DNA of 64,000 bases from contig NZ_JAMLIX010000002.1 of NCBI RefSeq assembly GCF_023953965.1, forward strand, positions 255,637 through 319,636, written 5' to 3'. The notes under the pieces are model-generated. The model searched no databases and was not told the DNA's origin. It was given only the letters and a program-made list of their open reading frames with translations. This document shows, one piece after another, positions 18,453-28,566 of the stretch (within the stretch, counting starts at the first letter, position 1; each line of letters opens with the position of its first letter). A program made the translations under genes and the position numbers. The stretch is from Bosea sp. (in: a-proteobacteria) (lineage in GTDB: Bacteria > Pseudomonadota > Alphaproteobacteria > Rhizobiales > Beijerinckiaceae).

Positions 18453-19032
18453 CGGCTTCGATACGGGGCGCCTCGCCGATCTGAGGACGATGGACCGGCT
18501 GACCCAGTCGCTGAGCCGGTCCTCGGAGAGCTTCGGGAAATCGATCGTCGGCGCCTTCTCGCGCGGCATCGTCGAGGGCAAGCGCTTCGAGGATGTGCTG
18601 CGCAGCGTCGGCCGCTCGATGACCGACAGCCTGCTGAAGACGGCGCTGAAACCGCTGCAGAGCGGCCTGTCGAGCCTGCTCGGCTCCGGCATCCAGAGCC
18701 TGAGCGGCCTGTTCGGGGGCCTGAGCCTCGGCGGTGCGGGCGCGAGCCTGCCGGTCGCGCCCTTCGCCGAGGGCGGCATCGTCGCCTCGCCGTCCTACTT
18801 CCCGACCGGGCGCGGGCTCGGCCTTATGGCAGAGCGCGGAGCCGAGGCGATCATGCCGCTCGCGCGCGGGCCGGACGGCCGGCTCGGCGTGCGCGCCGGC
18901 GGCGGGCAGGCCCGGCCGCTCAGCGTGGTCGTCCAGGTCTCGACCCCCGATGCCGAGAGTTTCCGCCGCTCGGAGGCGCAGGTCTCCGCCGCCATCGCCC
19001 GCGCCGTCGCGCGCGGCGGACGGGCGCTCTAG
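18439..19032 (+). CDS. Short GTA tape measure protein
   Basis: 197 aa; PFAEGGIV, GLMAERGAEAIMPLARGPDGRLGV and FRRSEAQV. Confidence 0.9.
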   Translation: MTDDDGFDTGRLADLRTMDRLTQSLSRSSESFGKSIVGAFSRGIVEGKRFEDVLRSVGRSMTDSLLKTALKPLQSGLSSLLGSGIQSLSGLFGGLSLGGAGASLPVAPFAEGGIVASPSYFPTGRGLGLMAERGAEAIMPLARGPDGRLGVRAGGGQARPLSVVVQVSTPDAESFRRSEAQVSAAIARAVARGGRAL

Positions 19033-19045
19033 AGGGAGGGCGGAC

Positions 19046-19684
19046 ATGCCGGATTTCCATGAGGTCCGCTTTCCGCTGGATGTCGCGCGCGGCGCGCGCG
19101 GCGGGCCGGAACGCCAGACCCAGATCGTCACGCTCGCCTCCGGGCGGGAGGTGCGCAACAGCCGCTGGGCCCATTCGCGCCGCCGCTACGATGCCGGCCT
19201 CGGCATCCGCACGCTCGACGCGCTGGCGGCGGTGGTGAGCTTCTTCGAGGAGCGTCGCGGCCGCCTCTACGGCTTCCGCTGGCGCGATCCGCTCGACTGG
19301 AAGAGCTGCCCGCCCTCGCAGGAGCCGGCGGCGACAGATCAGGTGATCGGGACCGGAGACGGCGTCGCCAGCGTCTTCCAGCTCAGCAAGCTCTACGGAT
19401 CCGGCCCCTCCGCCTACAGCCGGGAGATCACCAAGCCCTGCGAGGGGACGGTCAAGGTCGCTCTGGACAGCATAGCGCTGGCGCCGGAGGACTTCTCCTG
19501 CGACCCCGCGACCGGCGAAGTCAGCTTCGCGCCGGGGGCGATCCCGCCCGCGGATGCCGTGGTGACCGCCGGCTTCGCCTTCGACGTGCCGGTCCGCTTC
19601 GACACCGATGCGATCGAGGTCGATCTCTCCGCCTTCGCGGCCGGCGAGATCCCGCGCGTTCCCGTGGTCGAGATCGTTCCCTAG
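19046..19684 (+). CDS. GTA distal tail protein (DUF2460, g12-like)
   Basis: FHEVRFP, GGPERQTQIV, FFEERRGRLYGFRWRD and FDVPVRFDTD. Confidence 0.93.
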   Translation: MPDFHEVRFPLDVARGARGGPERQTQIVTLASGREVRNSRWAHSRRRYDAGLGIRTLDALAAVVSFFEERRGRLYGFRWRDPLDWKSCPPSQEPAATDQVIGTGDGVASVFQLSKLYGSGPSAYSREITKPCEGTVKVALDSIALAPEDFSCDPATGEVSFAPGAIPPADAVVTAGFAFDVPVRFDTDAIEVDLSAFAAGEIPRVPVVEIVP

Positions 19685-19694
19685 AGGCTATCCC

Positions 19695-20576
19695 ATGCGT
19701 GACATTCCATCCGGGCTTGCCGCCCATATCGCGGCCGGCGCGACGACGCTCTGCCATTGCTGGAGCCTGACGCGCCGCGACGGCCTCGTGCTCGGCTTCA
19801 CCGATCACGACCGTCCCCTGTCCTTCGACGACATCGCCTTTGCCGCCGCGACCGGCCTCGAGGCGGCGGAAAGCGCAGCCGAGCTCGGCTTCGCCATCGG
19901 TGGCGGCGAGGTCGCGGGCGCCTTTGCGGCGTCCGGGCTGAACGAGGCCGATCTGGCACGCGGGCTCTACGACGATGCGCGGGTCCGGATCTGGCTGGTC
20001 GACTGGGCCGATCCCGGTGAGCGTCTCCTGCTGGAAGAGGGTTATGTCGGCGAGGTCAAGCGCGGCGAGACCGGCTTCACCGCCGAGGTTCGCGGCCTGG
20101 CCAAGGCGTTCGACGAGGAGCGCGGCCGGCTTTATCTGCGCGCCTGCTCGGCCGATCTCGGCGATCAGCGTTGCGGCGTCGCGCTCAGCGCCGCCACGGC
20201 CGGCGTCGACGAGAGCGACGGGCGCCTTTCGCTGTCGGCCGATGGGCTTGGCTCCTATGCGGACGGATATTTCACCGGCGGCCGGCTCGTCTTCACCGGC
20301 GGCGCGAATGCCGGCTTCGCGACCGAGGTCAAGCGCCACGGCCGCGAGGGGACGCGCGCGCTGTTCCAGCTCTGGCAGGCTCCGGCGGCTGCGATCCTGC
20401 CCGGCGACGGCTTCAGGGTGACGCCCGGCTGCGACAAGAGCTTCGCGACCTGCCGCGCCAAATTCGGCAACGGCGTCAATTTCCGCGGCTTCCCGCACAT
20501 GCCGACGAACGACTTCATCATCGGCGGCGTTCGCCCCGGCGACGGGGGGCTCGACGGCGGGAGCCTGTTCCGATGA
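19695..20576 (+). CDS. GTA baseplate hub protein (DUF2163, g13-like)
   Basis: GFTDHD, CSADLGDQRC, GCDKSFATCRAKFGNGVNFRGFPHMP; Cys set typical of the Fe-S-bearing hub. Confidence 0.93.
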   Translation: MRDIPSGLAAHIAAGATTLCHCWSLTRRDGLVLGFTDHDRPLSFDDIAFAAATGLEAAESAAELGFAIGGGEVAGAFAASGLNEADLARGLYDDARVRIWLVDWADPGERLLLEEGYVGEVKRGETGFTAEVRGLAKAFDEERGRLYLRACSADLGDQRCGVALSAATAGVDESDGRLSLSADGLGSYADGYFTGGRLVFTGGANAGFATEVKRHGREGTRALFQLWQAPAAAILPGDGFRVTPGCDKSFATCRAKFGNGVNFRGFPHMPTNDFIIGGVRPGDGGLDGGSLFR

Positions 20577-21004
20577 GGCGCGCCGAGATCGTCGCGGCGG
20601 CCCGGCTCTGGCTCGGCACGCCCTATCATCACCAGGCCTCGCTTTGCGGCGTCGGCTGCGATTGCCTCGGCCTGGTGCGCGGCGTCTGGCGCGAGCTCTG
20701 CGGCGCGGAGCCCGAGGCGCCGCCGCCCTATTCGCAAAGCTGGGCGGAAAGCCTCGGGCAGGAGACGCTGGCGCTGGCCGCCGCGCGCCATCTGCGCCCG
20801 CTTGCCGTGGAGCATGCGCGGCCGGGCGACGCGCTGCTCTTCCGCTGGCGCGAGCATCTGCCTGCCAAGCATTGCGCGATCCTGTCGGCGCCCGGGAGCC
20901 TGATCCACGCCCATGACGGCGCCGCCGTCGCCGAGGTCGCCTTCACCCCCTGGTGGCGGCGCCATCTCAGCCATGCCTTTTCCTTTCCCGGAGTGACGGA
21001 CTGA
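20573..21004 (+). CDS. GTA NlpC/P60 cell-wall peptidase (g14-like)
   Basis: ARLWLGTPYHHQAS, GCDCLGLVRGVW and KHCAI. Confidence 0.93.
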   Translation: MRRAEIVAAARLWLGTPYHHQASLCGVGCDCLGLVRGVWRELCGAEPEAPPPYSQSWAESLGQETLALAAARHLRPLAVEHARPGDALLFRWREHLPAKHCAILSAPGSLIHAHDGAAVAEVAFTPWWRRHLSHAFSFPGVTD

Positions 21005-24000
21005 TGGCGACGCTTCTTCTCCAGGTTGCAGGCGCCGCGCTGGGCACGGCGCTGGGCGGGCCGGTCGGCGGCGCCATCGGCCAGGCGCTGGGCGGCCTCG
21101 CCGGGGCGAGCCTCGACCAGGCCTGGCTCGGCGGCTCCGGCGGCAACAAGATCGTCGACGGGCCGCGCCTCAAGGAGGTGAACGGGCTCGCGGCGACCGA
21201 GGGCGCCGCGATCCCGCGCGTCTATGGCCGCGCCCGGCTCGGCGGGCAATTGATCTGGGCGACGCGCATCGAGGAAGAGGTCACCGTCGCGATCACGCGC
21301 ACCAAGAGCGGCGGCAAGGGCGGGCGTTCGACCAAGACCTACGAGACGACCTACAGCTACTACGCCAACCTCGCCATCGGCCTGTGCGAAGGGCCGATCG
21401 CCTTCATCCGGCGCATCTGGGTCGACGGGCGCGAGTATGATGTCCAGACCGCCGCGATGCGCCTCCATCGCGGCGACGAGGTGCAGGCGCCCGATCCCCT
21501 GATCGTGGCGAAGGAGGCGGGCGAGGCGCCGGCCTATCGCGGGCTCGCCTATGTCGTGTTCGAGCGCTTCCCGCTCGCCGACTACGGCAACCGCGTGCCG
21601 CAATTCGATTTCGAGGTCGTGCGGGCCGTCGAGGGCCTCAACCGCATGATCCGGGCCGTGGCGCTGACGCCGGGCGCGGGCGAGTTCGTCTACGACATGC
21701 GGCCGGTCAGCCACGAGCCCGAGCCCGGCGTCAGCGAAAGCCTGACGCGCCACCAGCTCTATGGCAACAGCGACGCCGATACGGCGCTGGTCCATCTCCT
21801 GTGGCTCTGCCCGAATCTCCGCCGCGTCTCGCTGGTCGTGAGCTGGTTCGGAGACGATCTGCGCGCCGGCGCCTGCAGCGTCGCGCCCCGGGCCGAGATC
21901 GTGCAGAAACCGACTGAGGGAGCGGACTGGTCGGTCGCCGGGCTGACGCGCTTCACCGCCCGCATCGTCAGCGAGGTCAATGGCCGGCCCGCCTTCGGCG
22001 GCACCCCCTCCGACGAGAGCGTCGTCGCGCTGATCCGGCGCCTGCGCTTCGATTACGGGCTCGAGGTCGTGCTCTACCCCTTCCTGATGATGGATATCCC
22101 GGCCGGCAACACCCTGCCGGATCCCTGGTCGGGCGCGGCGAGCCAGCCGCGCTATCCCTGGCGTGGGCGCATCACCTGTGATCCGGCGCCGGGCCGCCCG
22201 GGAAGCCCGGAGGGCGGCGCGGGCGCGGCGGCGCAGATCGCCTCCTTCGTCGGCACGGTCGGCCCGGCGGACATGACGGAGGTGGGCGGCGTCGTCGCCT
22301 GCGCCAAGCCGGGCGAGTGGTCCTATCGCCGCCTGGTGATGCATTGCGCCGCGCTGGCGAGGCTCGCCGGCGGGGTGGATGGCTTCGTCGTCGGCTCCGA
22401 GATGGTCGGGCTGACGCATCTGCGCGGCGCCTCCGGCTATCCCATGCCGGACCATCTCGCCGCCATCGCCGGTGACGTCGCGACCGTGCTGCCGGGCGCC
22501 GTCCTGACCTATGCCGCGGACTGGACCGAATACGGCGCGGATGTCCGCAACGGCGGGCAGGATGTCGACTTCCCGCTCGATTCCGTCTGGGCGTCCTCCG
22601 CCATCGGCGCGATCGGCATCGACTTCTACCCGCCGCTCTCGGACTGGCGCGATTCCGCCAGCCATGCCGATGCCGGCATGGCGCGCGGCCCGGCCGATCT
22701 CGCCTATCTGCGCGAGCGCCTGACCGCCGGCGAAGCCTATGACTGGTATTATGCCGACGCGGCCGGCCGGGCCGCGCAGGCGCGCCTGCCGATCACCGAC
22801 GGCGCCCATGGCAAGCCCTGGACGTTCCGGCCGAAGGATCTCCGGGGCTGGTGGAGCAACGCCCATATCCGCCGCGCCGGCGGCGCGGAGACCACCGCGA
22901 CCGCCTTTTCGCCCGGCGGAAAGCCGATCTGGCTGACCGAGATCGGCGTGCCGGCCGTCGACAAGGGCGCCAATGCGCCCAACATGTTCCCCGACCCCAA
23001 ATCCGCCGAGAGCGGCTATCCGCCCTTCTCGAGCGGCGCGCGCGACGATCTCGTCCAGGCGCGGGCGCTGGAGGCGATCATCTCCGGCTTCGATCCGGCG
23101 CGTCTGGGCTTCGAGGCGGCGCGCAACCCCGTCCATCCGGTCAGCGGCATCCGCATGGTCGATCCGGCTCACATCTTCGTCTGGAACTGGGACCTGCGGC
23201 CTTTCCCCGCCTTTCCGGATTTGTCCGGCATCTGGGCGGATGGGGCGAATTTCGACACCGGCCACTGGCTGAACGGGCGTCTCGAAGGCACGCCGGTCGA
23301 CCGGCTCGTGGCGCGGCTCCTCGCCGATTTCGGCCTGCCCGCGGCCAGCCGGATCACGGTCGACGGCTTCGTCGACGGCTATGTGCTGGACCGTCCGCTC
23401 TCGGCCCGGCAGGCGCTGGAACCGCTGGCCCAGAGCTTCGGCTTCGACGCGATCATGAGCGCCGGCGCCCTGCGTTTCGAGGGCCGGGGCGGCAAGGTCG
23501 CGCATTGGCTCGGGGCCGACGATCTCGTGCCCGACCGCGGCGGCGAGCCCTTCACGCTCAGGCGCGGCCAGGAAAGCGAGCTGCCGCTCGAGCTGCGCCT
23601 CGGCTTCAGCGACAGCGAGGCCGATTACCGCAGCGCCGCCGCGCGCTCGCGCCGTCTCGCCGGGGCAGCCCGGCGCGAGGTCGCCGTCGAGACCGCGATC
23701 GTGACCCGCTCGGCCGAAGGGCAGCGCCTGGCCGATCAGCGGCTCCAGGAAGCCTGGGCGGCGCGCGAGAGCCTGGAATGCGAGCTTTCGCCGCGCTGCG
23801 TCGCGATCGAGCCGGGCGATGTCCTGTCGCTCCCGGTCGATGCCGGCAGCCGCCTCTTCCGCGTCACCCGCATCGCTGAGGGCGCGACGCGGCGGATCAG
23901 CGCGCGGGCCGTGGAGCCTGCGGTCTATGTCGGGGCGGGAGCCGGCGGAAACCCCCGCCCGCCGCGCAATCCGCCTGCCCTGCCGGGGCGCCCGCTGGCC

Positions 24001-24921
24001 GTTCCGCTGGAACTGCCGATCGTCACCGTCGAGCCGCCGCCGCTTCTGTCGCTCGCCGCCTTCGCCGCCCCCTGGCCGGGCGCGCTCGCGATCTGGCGCG
24101 CCGACGAGGCGGGACTGTTCACCGTGGACGGTTTCGTCGAGGCGCCCTCGATCGTCGGCGAGACCTTGACCGCGCTGCCGCCCGGACCGCTCTGGCGGAC
24201 GGACCGGGGCGCCGTGCTGGAGGTCAGGCTGCGCGGCGGCATCCTCGCCTCCGTCCCGCCGGAGGCGGCGCTGTCGGGCGCGAACGCGCTGGCGCTGATC
24301 GGCGAGGACGGGGAGGTCGAGATCGTCACGGTCGCGGAGGCCGAGCTCGTCGGGCCGCAGCGCTTCCGCCTGTCGCGGCTGATCCGCGGCATCGGCGGCA
24401 GCGAGGCCGCGGCGGGGCGCCTTCTGCCGGAGGGCGCCCGTGTCGTCGTCCTGGATGGCGCGGCGGTTCCCCTGACGACCAGTCTCGCCGATCTCGGCCG
24501 CAGCCGGCGCTACCGTGTCGGCCCCGCCCGCCACGATGTCGGCGATCCGACGATGGTCGAGTTCGAGGCCGGTGTGACCGGCCGGGCGCTCGTTCCCCTG
24601 TCCCCGGTCAGGCCGCGGGCGCGCCGCGGCGATGCCGGCATCGCCTTGAGCTGGCTCAGGCGGACGCGAATCGACGGCGATTCCTGGGAGCTCACGGAGG
24701 TGCCGCTGGGCGAAGCGGACGAGCGCTACGAAATCCGCATCTTCGACGGCGACACCGCGCTCCATGCCGAAATCGTGAACGGTCCCGGATGGACCTATCC
24801 CGCCGCGCAGGAGATCGTCGATTTCGGCGCGCCGCAGCTGGAGATCGCGCTTTCGCTCCGCCAGCTCAGCACGACGGTGGGGGTAGGCGGCGAATGGCGT
24901 GGACGGATCCCGGTGCGCTGA
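21004..24921 (+). CDS. GTA baseplate multidomain 'megatron' protein (g15-like)
   Basis: About 1305 aa; AYRGLAYVVFE, DFPLADYGNRVPQ-type motif, YAADWTEY, GKPIWLTEIG and GHWLNGR. Confidence 0.95.
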   Translation: MATLLLQVAGAALGTALGGPVGGAIGQALGGLAGASLDQAWLGGSGGNKIVDGPRLKEVNGLAATEGAAIPRVYGRARLGGQLIWATRIEEEVTVAITRTKSGGKGGRSTKTYETTYSYYANLAIGLCEGPIAFIRRIWVDGREYDVQTAAMRLHRGDEVQAPDPLIVAKEAGEAPAYRGLAYVVFERFPLADYGNRVPQFDFEVVRAVEGLNRMIRAVALTPGAGEFVYDMRPVSHEPEPGVSESLTRHQLYGNSDADTALVHLLWLCPNLRRVSLVVSWFGDDLRAGACSVAPRAEIVQKPTEGADWSVAGLTRFTARIVSEVNGRPAFGGTPSDESVVALIRRLRFDYGLEVVLYPFLMMDIPAGNTLPDPWSGAASQPRYPWRGRITCDPAPGRPGSPEGGAGAAAQIASFVGTVGPADMTEVGGVVACAKPGEWSYRRLVMHCAALARLAGGVDGFVVGSEMVGLTHLRGASGYPMPDHLAAIAGDVATVLPGAVLTYAADWTEYGADVRNGGQDVDFPLDSVWASSAIGAIGIDFYPPLSDWRDSASHADAGMARGPADLAYLRERLTAGEAYDWYYADAAGRAAQARLPITDGAHGKPWTFRPKDLRGWWSNAHIRRAGGAETTATAFSPGGKPIWLTEIGVPAVDKGANAPNMFPDPKSAESGYPPFSSGARDDLVQARALEAIISGFDPARLGFEAARNPVHPVSGIRMVDPAHIFVWNWDLRPFPAFPDLSGIWADGANFDTGHWLNGRLEGTPVDRLVARLLADFGLPAASRITVDGFVDGYVLDRPLSARQALEPLAQSFGFDAIMSAGALRFEGRGGKVAHWLGADDLVPDRGGEPFTLRRGQESELPLELRLGFSDSEADYRSAAARSRRLAGAARREVAVETAIVTRSAEGQRLADQRLQEAWAARESLECELSPRCVAIEPGDVLSLPVDAGSRLFRVTRIAEGATRRISARAVEPAVYVGAGAGGNPRPPRNPPALPGRPLAVPLELPIVTVEPPPLLSLAAFAAPWPGALAIWRADEAGLFTVDGFVEAPSIVGETLTALPPGPLWRTDRGAVLEVRLRGGILASVPPEAALSGANALALIGEDGEVEIVTVAEAELVGPQRFRLSRLIRGIGGSEAAAGRLLPEGARVVVLDGAAVPLTTSLADLGRSRRYRVGPARHDVGDPTMVEFEAGVTGRALVPLSPVRPRARRGDAGIALSWLRRTRIDGDSWELTEVPLGEADERYEIRIFDGDTALHAEIVNGPGWTYPAAQEIVDFGAPQLEIALSLRQLSTTVGVGGEWRGRIPVR

Positions 24922-24950
24922 TCTAGTCTTCGCCCGGGAGGGGGCGATGC

Positions 24951-24966
24951 ATTCATGGCGTATTCA
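24951..24966 (+). promoter_or_regulatory. Candidate OmpR-family direct repeat upstream of the PepSY-RR-HK operon
   Basis: ATTCA-N6-ATTCA with 11-bp periodicity. Confidence 0.4.
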
Positions 24967-24984
24967 CGCGGATGGGACTAGCCG

Positions 24985-25308
24985 GTGGCGATGATGCCGG
25001 TCGAACCGATTCTCGCTTTTGCGCTCTTGGCCTCCTCGCCGCTGCCGGTCCTGCGCGTCGACGACGCGACGCCGATCGCCTGCCTGTCGTCCGAGGAAAC
25101 GCGTGACGCCGTCGCCGAAGGGCGCGTCATGCAGCCGGCGGAAGCCTCCCGCCATGCCCGCCGCGCCGCGCCGGGCGAGGTCCTGCGCATCCAGCTTTGC
25201 CGGCAGGGTGGGGATTTCGTCTATGTGGTGACCACGCTGAAGCGCGACGGCCGCGTCGCGCGGGTGACGCTGGAAGGACAATCCGGCAAGATCGCCACCA
25301 TCCGCTGA
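24985..25308 (+). CDS. feuN: PepSY-domain periplasmic protein (FeuN-like)
   Basis: CLSSEETR, LC..G..YVVTTL..DGRV. Lies directly upstream of the RR/HK pair that precedes ccmI, as for rhizobial feuNPQ-cycHJKL. Confidence 0.65.
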   Translation: MAMMPVEPILAFALLASSPLPVLRVDDATPIACLSSEETRDAVAEGRVMQPAEASRHARRAAPGEVLRIQLCRQGGDFVYVVTTLKRDGRVARVTLEGQSGKIATIR

Positions 25309-25334
25309 TCTGAAGCAACTGGAGCGAACCGACC

Positions 25335-26003
25335 GTGAGATTGCTCGTCGTCGAGGACGACAAGGACCTCAACCGCCAGATCGTGACCGCGCTCGAGAAT
25401 GCCGGCTACGCCGTCGACAAGGCTTTCGACGGCGAGGAAGGGCTCTATCTCGGCGAGAACGAGCCCTATGACGCCGTCATCCTCGATCTCGGCCTGCCCA
25501 AGGTCGACGGCGTCGCCGTGCTGCAGGGCTGGCGCCGCGCCGGCAAGGTGATGCCGGTCCTGATCCTGACGGCGCGCGACCGCTGGAGCGACAAGGTCGG
25601 CGGCTTCGACGCCGGCGCCGACGACTATGTCGTCAAGCCCTTCCATATCGAGGAATTGCTGGCGCGCGTCAGGGCGCTCCTGCGCCGCGCGGCGGGCCAT
25701 GCCACCTCGGAGCTCACCTGCGGCCCCGTCCGGCTCGATACCCGCGCGAGCCGCGTCGTCGTCGACGGCAACCCGGTGCGGCTGACCTCGCACGAATACC
25801 GGCTGCTCTCCTATCTCCTGCACCACCAGGGCCGCGTCGTCTCGCGCACGGAGCTGGTCGAGCATCTCTACGATCAGGATTTCGACCGCGATTCCAATAC
25901 GATCGAGGTCTTCGTCGGCCGCCTGCGCAAGAAGCTCGGCGTCGAGATCATCGAGACCGTCCGGGGCCTCGGCTACATCGCCGCCGCCCCGGAAAAGGTC
26001 TGA
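25335..26003 (+). CDS. feuP: OmpR-family response regulator (FeuP-like)
   Basis: MRLLVVEDD, ILDLGLP, GADDYVVKPF and IETVRGLGY; synteny with ccmI. Confidence 0.75.
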   Translation: MRLLVVEDDKDLNRQIVTALENAGYAVDKAFDGEEGLYLGENEPYDAVILDLGLPKVDGVAVLQGWRRAGKVMPVLILTARDRWSDKVGGFDAGADDYVVKPFHIEELLARVRALLRRAAGHATSELTCGPVRLDTRASRVVVDGNPVRLTSHEYRLLSYLLHHQGRVVSRTELVEHLYDQDFDRDSNTIEVFVGRLRKKLGVEIIETVRGLGYIAAAPEKV

Positions 26004-26012
26004 TCGCGGGCG

Positions 26013-27395
26013 ATGCCGCTCAAATCCCATCGCTATTCGCTGGGAACGCGGCTGTTCTTCTCGGCGGCCTTCTGCTGCGTCCTCATCCTCGTGCTGGCCG
26101 GCATCGGGCTGACCACCTTCTACCGCCGCTCGGCCGAGCGCGGCTTCGACGAGCGGCTGTCGGTCTATATCAAGCAGCTCGTCGCCGACCTCGCCGCCCC
26201 GCCCGAGACCGAACGCCAGACGGTCGGCGATCTCGGCGAGCCGCGCTTCGACCTGCCGCTGACCGGCTGGTACTGGCAGATCACCCGGCTCGACGGCGAC
26301 CGGCCGAACGTGCGCGCCTCGCGCTCGCTGGTCGGCGGGCAACTGCCCAGGCTGCTCGATCAGGCGATCCAGCCCAACAGCCGGGGGCTGCACGAAAGCT
26401 ATGTCCTCGGCCCCGATGATCGCCGCCTGCGCATCCTGGAGCGCGAGATCGATGTCGGCGAGGACGGCCGCTTCATCGTCGCCGTCGCCGCGCCCGCCGA
26501 CGAGATCGAGGGCGACATCCAGGATTTCCGCTTCGCGCTGGCGATGACCTTCCTGCTGCTCGGCATCGCCCTGGTCGCCTCGACTTTGGTGCAGGTCCGC
26601 TTCGGCCTGCGCCCGCTGGTGCGCCTGCGGGCGGCCGTGGGGGCGGTCAGGACGGGCGAGACCCCGCGGATCGTCGGGCGCTATCCGCCCGATCTCGCGC
26701 CGCTGGCGAGCGAGCTCAACCAGCTCATCGACGCCAACCACGAGATCCTCGATCGCGCCCGCACCCAGGTCGGCAATCTCGCCCATGCGCTCAAGACCCC
26801 GCTCAGCGTGATGATCAACGAGGCCGACACCAGCCCCGGTGACGGGCCCTTGTCCCAGACCGTCCGCACGCAGGCCGCGGTGATGCGCGACCAGGTCCAG
26901 TATTATCTCGACCGCGCGCGGGCGGCGGCGCTTTCCGGAGCGCTCGGCGGCGTGACCGAGGTCGTCCCCTCGCTCGACGCGCTGCTGCGCACCTTCATGA
27001 AGATCGCGCAGGGCAGGGGCGTCACGGGCTCGCATACGGTTCCGCCCGGCCTGCGCTTCCGCGGCGAGAAGCAGGATCTGGAGGAGATGCTCGGCAATCT
27101 CCTCGACAATGCCTTCAAATGGGCGACTTCGCGGGTTGAAATCTCGCTTGCGGACGGCAAGGCGGCCGAGGCGGGGCGGATCGCGCTCGTGATCGACGAT
27201 GACGGCCCCGGCCTGCCGCCCGACGCGATGGCCGAGGTGCTGAAGCGCGGGCGCCGTCTCGACGAGACCACGCCGGGCTCCGGATTGGGCCTCTCGATCG
27301 TCGTCGACCTCGCCAAGCTCTATGGCGGGGGGCTGAGTCTCGACCGCTCGCCGCTCGGCGGCCTCAGGGCGCGTCTGGAACTTCCTTCGGTTTAG
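26013..27395 (+). CDS. feuQ: Sensor histidine kinase (FeuQ/PhoQ-like)
   Basis: Two TM segments; LAHALKTPL H-box, NLLDNAFKW, DDDGPG and GSGLGL. Confidence 0.75.
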   Translation: MPLKSHRYSLGTRLFFSAAFCCVLILVLAGIGLTTFYRRSAERGFDERLSVYIKQLVADLAAPPETERQTVGDLGEPRFDLPLTGWYWQITRLDGDRPNVRASRSLVGGQLPRLLDQAIQPNSRGLHESYVLGPDDRRLRILEREIDVGEDGRFIVAVAAPADEIEGDIQDFRFALAMTFLLLGIALVASTLVQVRFGLRPLVRLRAAVGAVRTGETPRIVGRYPPDLAPLASELNQLIDANHEILDRARTQVGNLAHALKTPLSVMINEADTSPGDGPLSQTVRTQAAVMRDQVQYYLDRARAAALSGALGGVTEVVPSLDALLRTFMKIAQGRGVTGSHTVPPGLRFRGEKQDLEEMLGNLLDNAFKWATSRVEISLADGKAAEAGRIALVIDDDGPGLPPDAMAEVLKRGRRLDETTPGSGLGLSIVVDLAKLYGGGLSLDRSPLGGLRARLELPSV

Positions 27396-27462
27396 AGGAA
27401 TTCATCGCCGCGTGACCCTTTGTCACCATGAACCCGACCGGACGATTGGCTAAGAACGCCGC

Positions 27463-28566
27463 ATGATGATCTGGGCCATCTTCGCAGCCATGACGGGAGC
27501 GGCGGTCTTCGCCCTGCTCTGGCCGCTCGGCCATGGCCGGATGCAGGGCTTTGCCGATGTCGCCGATGCCCGCAGCCTCTACCGCGCCCAGCTCAAGGAG
27601 ATCGACCGCGATCTCGCCCGCAGGCTGATCGGAGAGGAGGAGGCACAGGCCGCCCGCACCGAGGCCGCCCGCCGCCTGCTGCGCGCCGCCGGCGACGAGG
27701 CCGGGCCCGCCGGCGAGACCGAGCCCTCGCTGCGCCGCCGCCGGGCGAGCTCGGCGCTGATGCTCTCCGTGGTGCCGCTGCTCGCGCTCGTGATCTACGG
27801 CCTCTACGGCGCTCCCGGTCAACCCGACCAGCCGCTGGCGGCGCGGCTGGAGAAGGCCGGCCCGCAGCAGGATTTCGCCGTCATGCTCGCGCGGATGGAA
27901 GCCCATCTCGCCGCCAACCCCGCCGATGCGCGGGGCTGGTCGCTGCTCGCGCCGATCTATCTGCGCCAGGGCCGCTATGACGAGGCGGCGAAAGCCTTCG
28001 CCGCCGCTGTCCGCTTCGGCAAGCCCGATGCCGAGCTTTACGCAGGGCTGGGCGAGGCCCGCATCATGGAGGCGGGCGGCGTCGTCACCGCCGCCGCGCG
28101 CGAGGCGCTGGCCGAGGCGGTGAGCCTCGATCCGAAAAGCCCGCGCGCCCGCTACTACCTCGCCCTCGCGAAGGAGCAGGACGGCGACGGCGCGGGCGCC
28201 GAGGCTGCGCTCGTCGAGCTCCTCGCCGAGGCGCCGGCGGATGCCGACTGGGCCGGCGCCGTGCGCGGCCGGCTGGAGCGGATGCGCGGCGATGCCGGCG
28301 GCAAGGCGATCGCGGCCCTGCCCGAGGCCGAGCGCCAGCAGGCGATCAGGGCGATGGTCGACGGCCTTGCCGAGCGCTTGAACGCCGGCGGCGGCAGCCT
28401 GCCCGAATGGAGCCGTCTGATTCGCGCCCGCACCGTCCTCGGCGACAGGGCGGCCGCGCTTCAGGCGATGAAGACCGCGCGCGAGCGGCTGGCGGGGGAC
28501 GAGGCGGCGCTTGCGGCGCTCGGCGCTCTCGCGCAAGAACTGGCCTTGAAGGAGGCCGCGCCATGA
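27463..28566 (+). CDS. ccmI: c-type cytochrome biogenesis protein CcmI/CycH
   Basis: [12 protein letters not shown]-terminal motif and TPR-like repeats; first gene of cycHJKL. Confidence 0.88.
   Translation: MMIWAIFAAMTGAAVFALLWPLGHGRMQGFADVADARSLYRAQLKEIDRDLARRLIGEEEAQAARTEAARRLLRAAGDEAGPAGETEPSLRRRRASSALMLSVVPLLALVIYGLYGAPGQPDQPLAARLEKAGPQQDFAVMLARMEAHLAANPADARGWSLLAPIYLRQGRYDEAAKAFAAAVRFGKPDAELYAGLGEARIMEAGGVVTAAAREALAEAVSLDPKSPRARYYLALAKEQDGDGAGAEAALVELLAEAPADADWAGAVRGRLERMRGDAGGKAIAALPEAERQQAIRAMVDGLAERLNAGGGSLPEWSRLIRARTVLGDRAAALQAMKTARERLAGDEAALAALGALAQELALKEAAP

Larger units (their letters stand above)
9177..24921 (+). mobile_element. RcGTA-like gene transfer agent head-tail structural cluster
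   Basis: Gene order g1-terminase-portal-protease-capsid-adaptor-stopper-terminator-tube-gp10-chaperone-short TMP-DUF2460-DUF2163-NlpC/P60-megatron. No integrase, replication or repressor genes. Codon style matches the host. Confidence 0.93.

Noticed and set aside
20728-24765. 1345-aa minus-strand ORF, and similar long ORFs such as 114-1919, 25221-27035, 28939-31287, 34999-37188 and 54616-57612
   Set aside because: Antisense or alternate-frame shadows of real genes, expected in high-GC DNA; no recognisable motifs.
9177-24921. Interpretation as a prophage
   Set aside because: No integrase, repressor, replication or lysis genes; short tape measure, host-like codons and RcGTA gene order.
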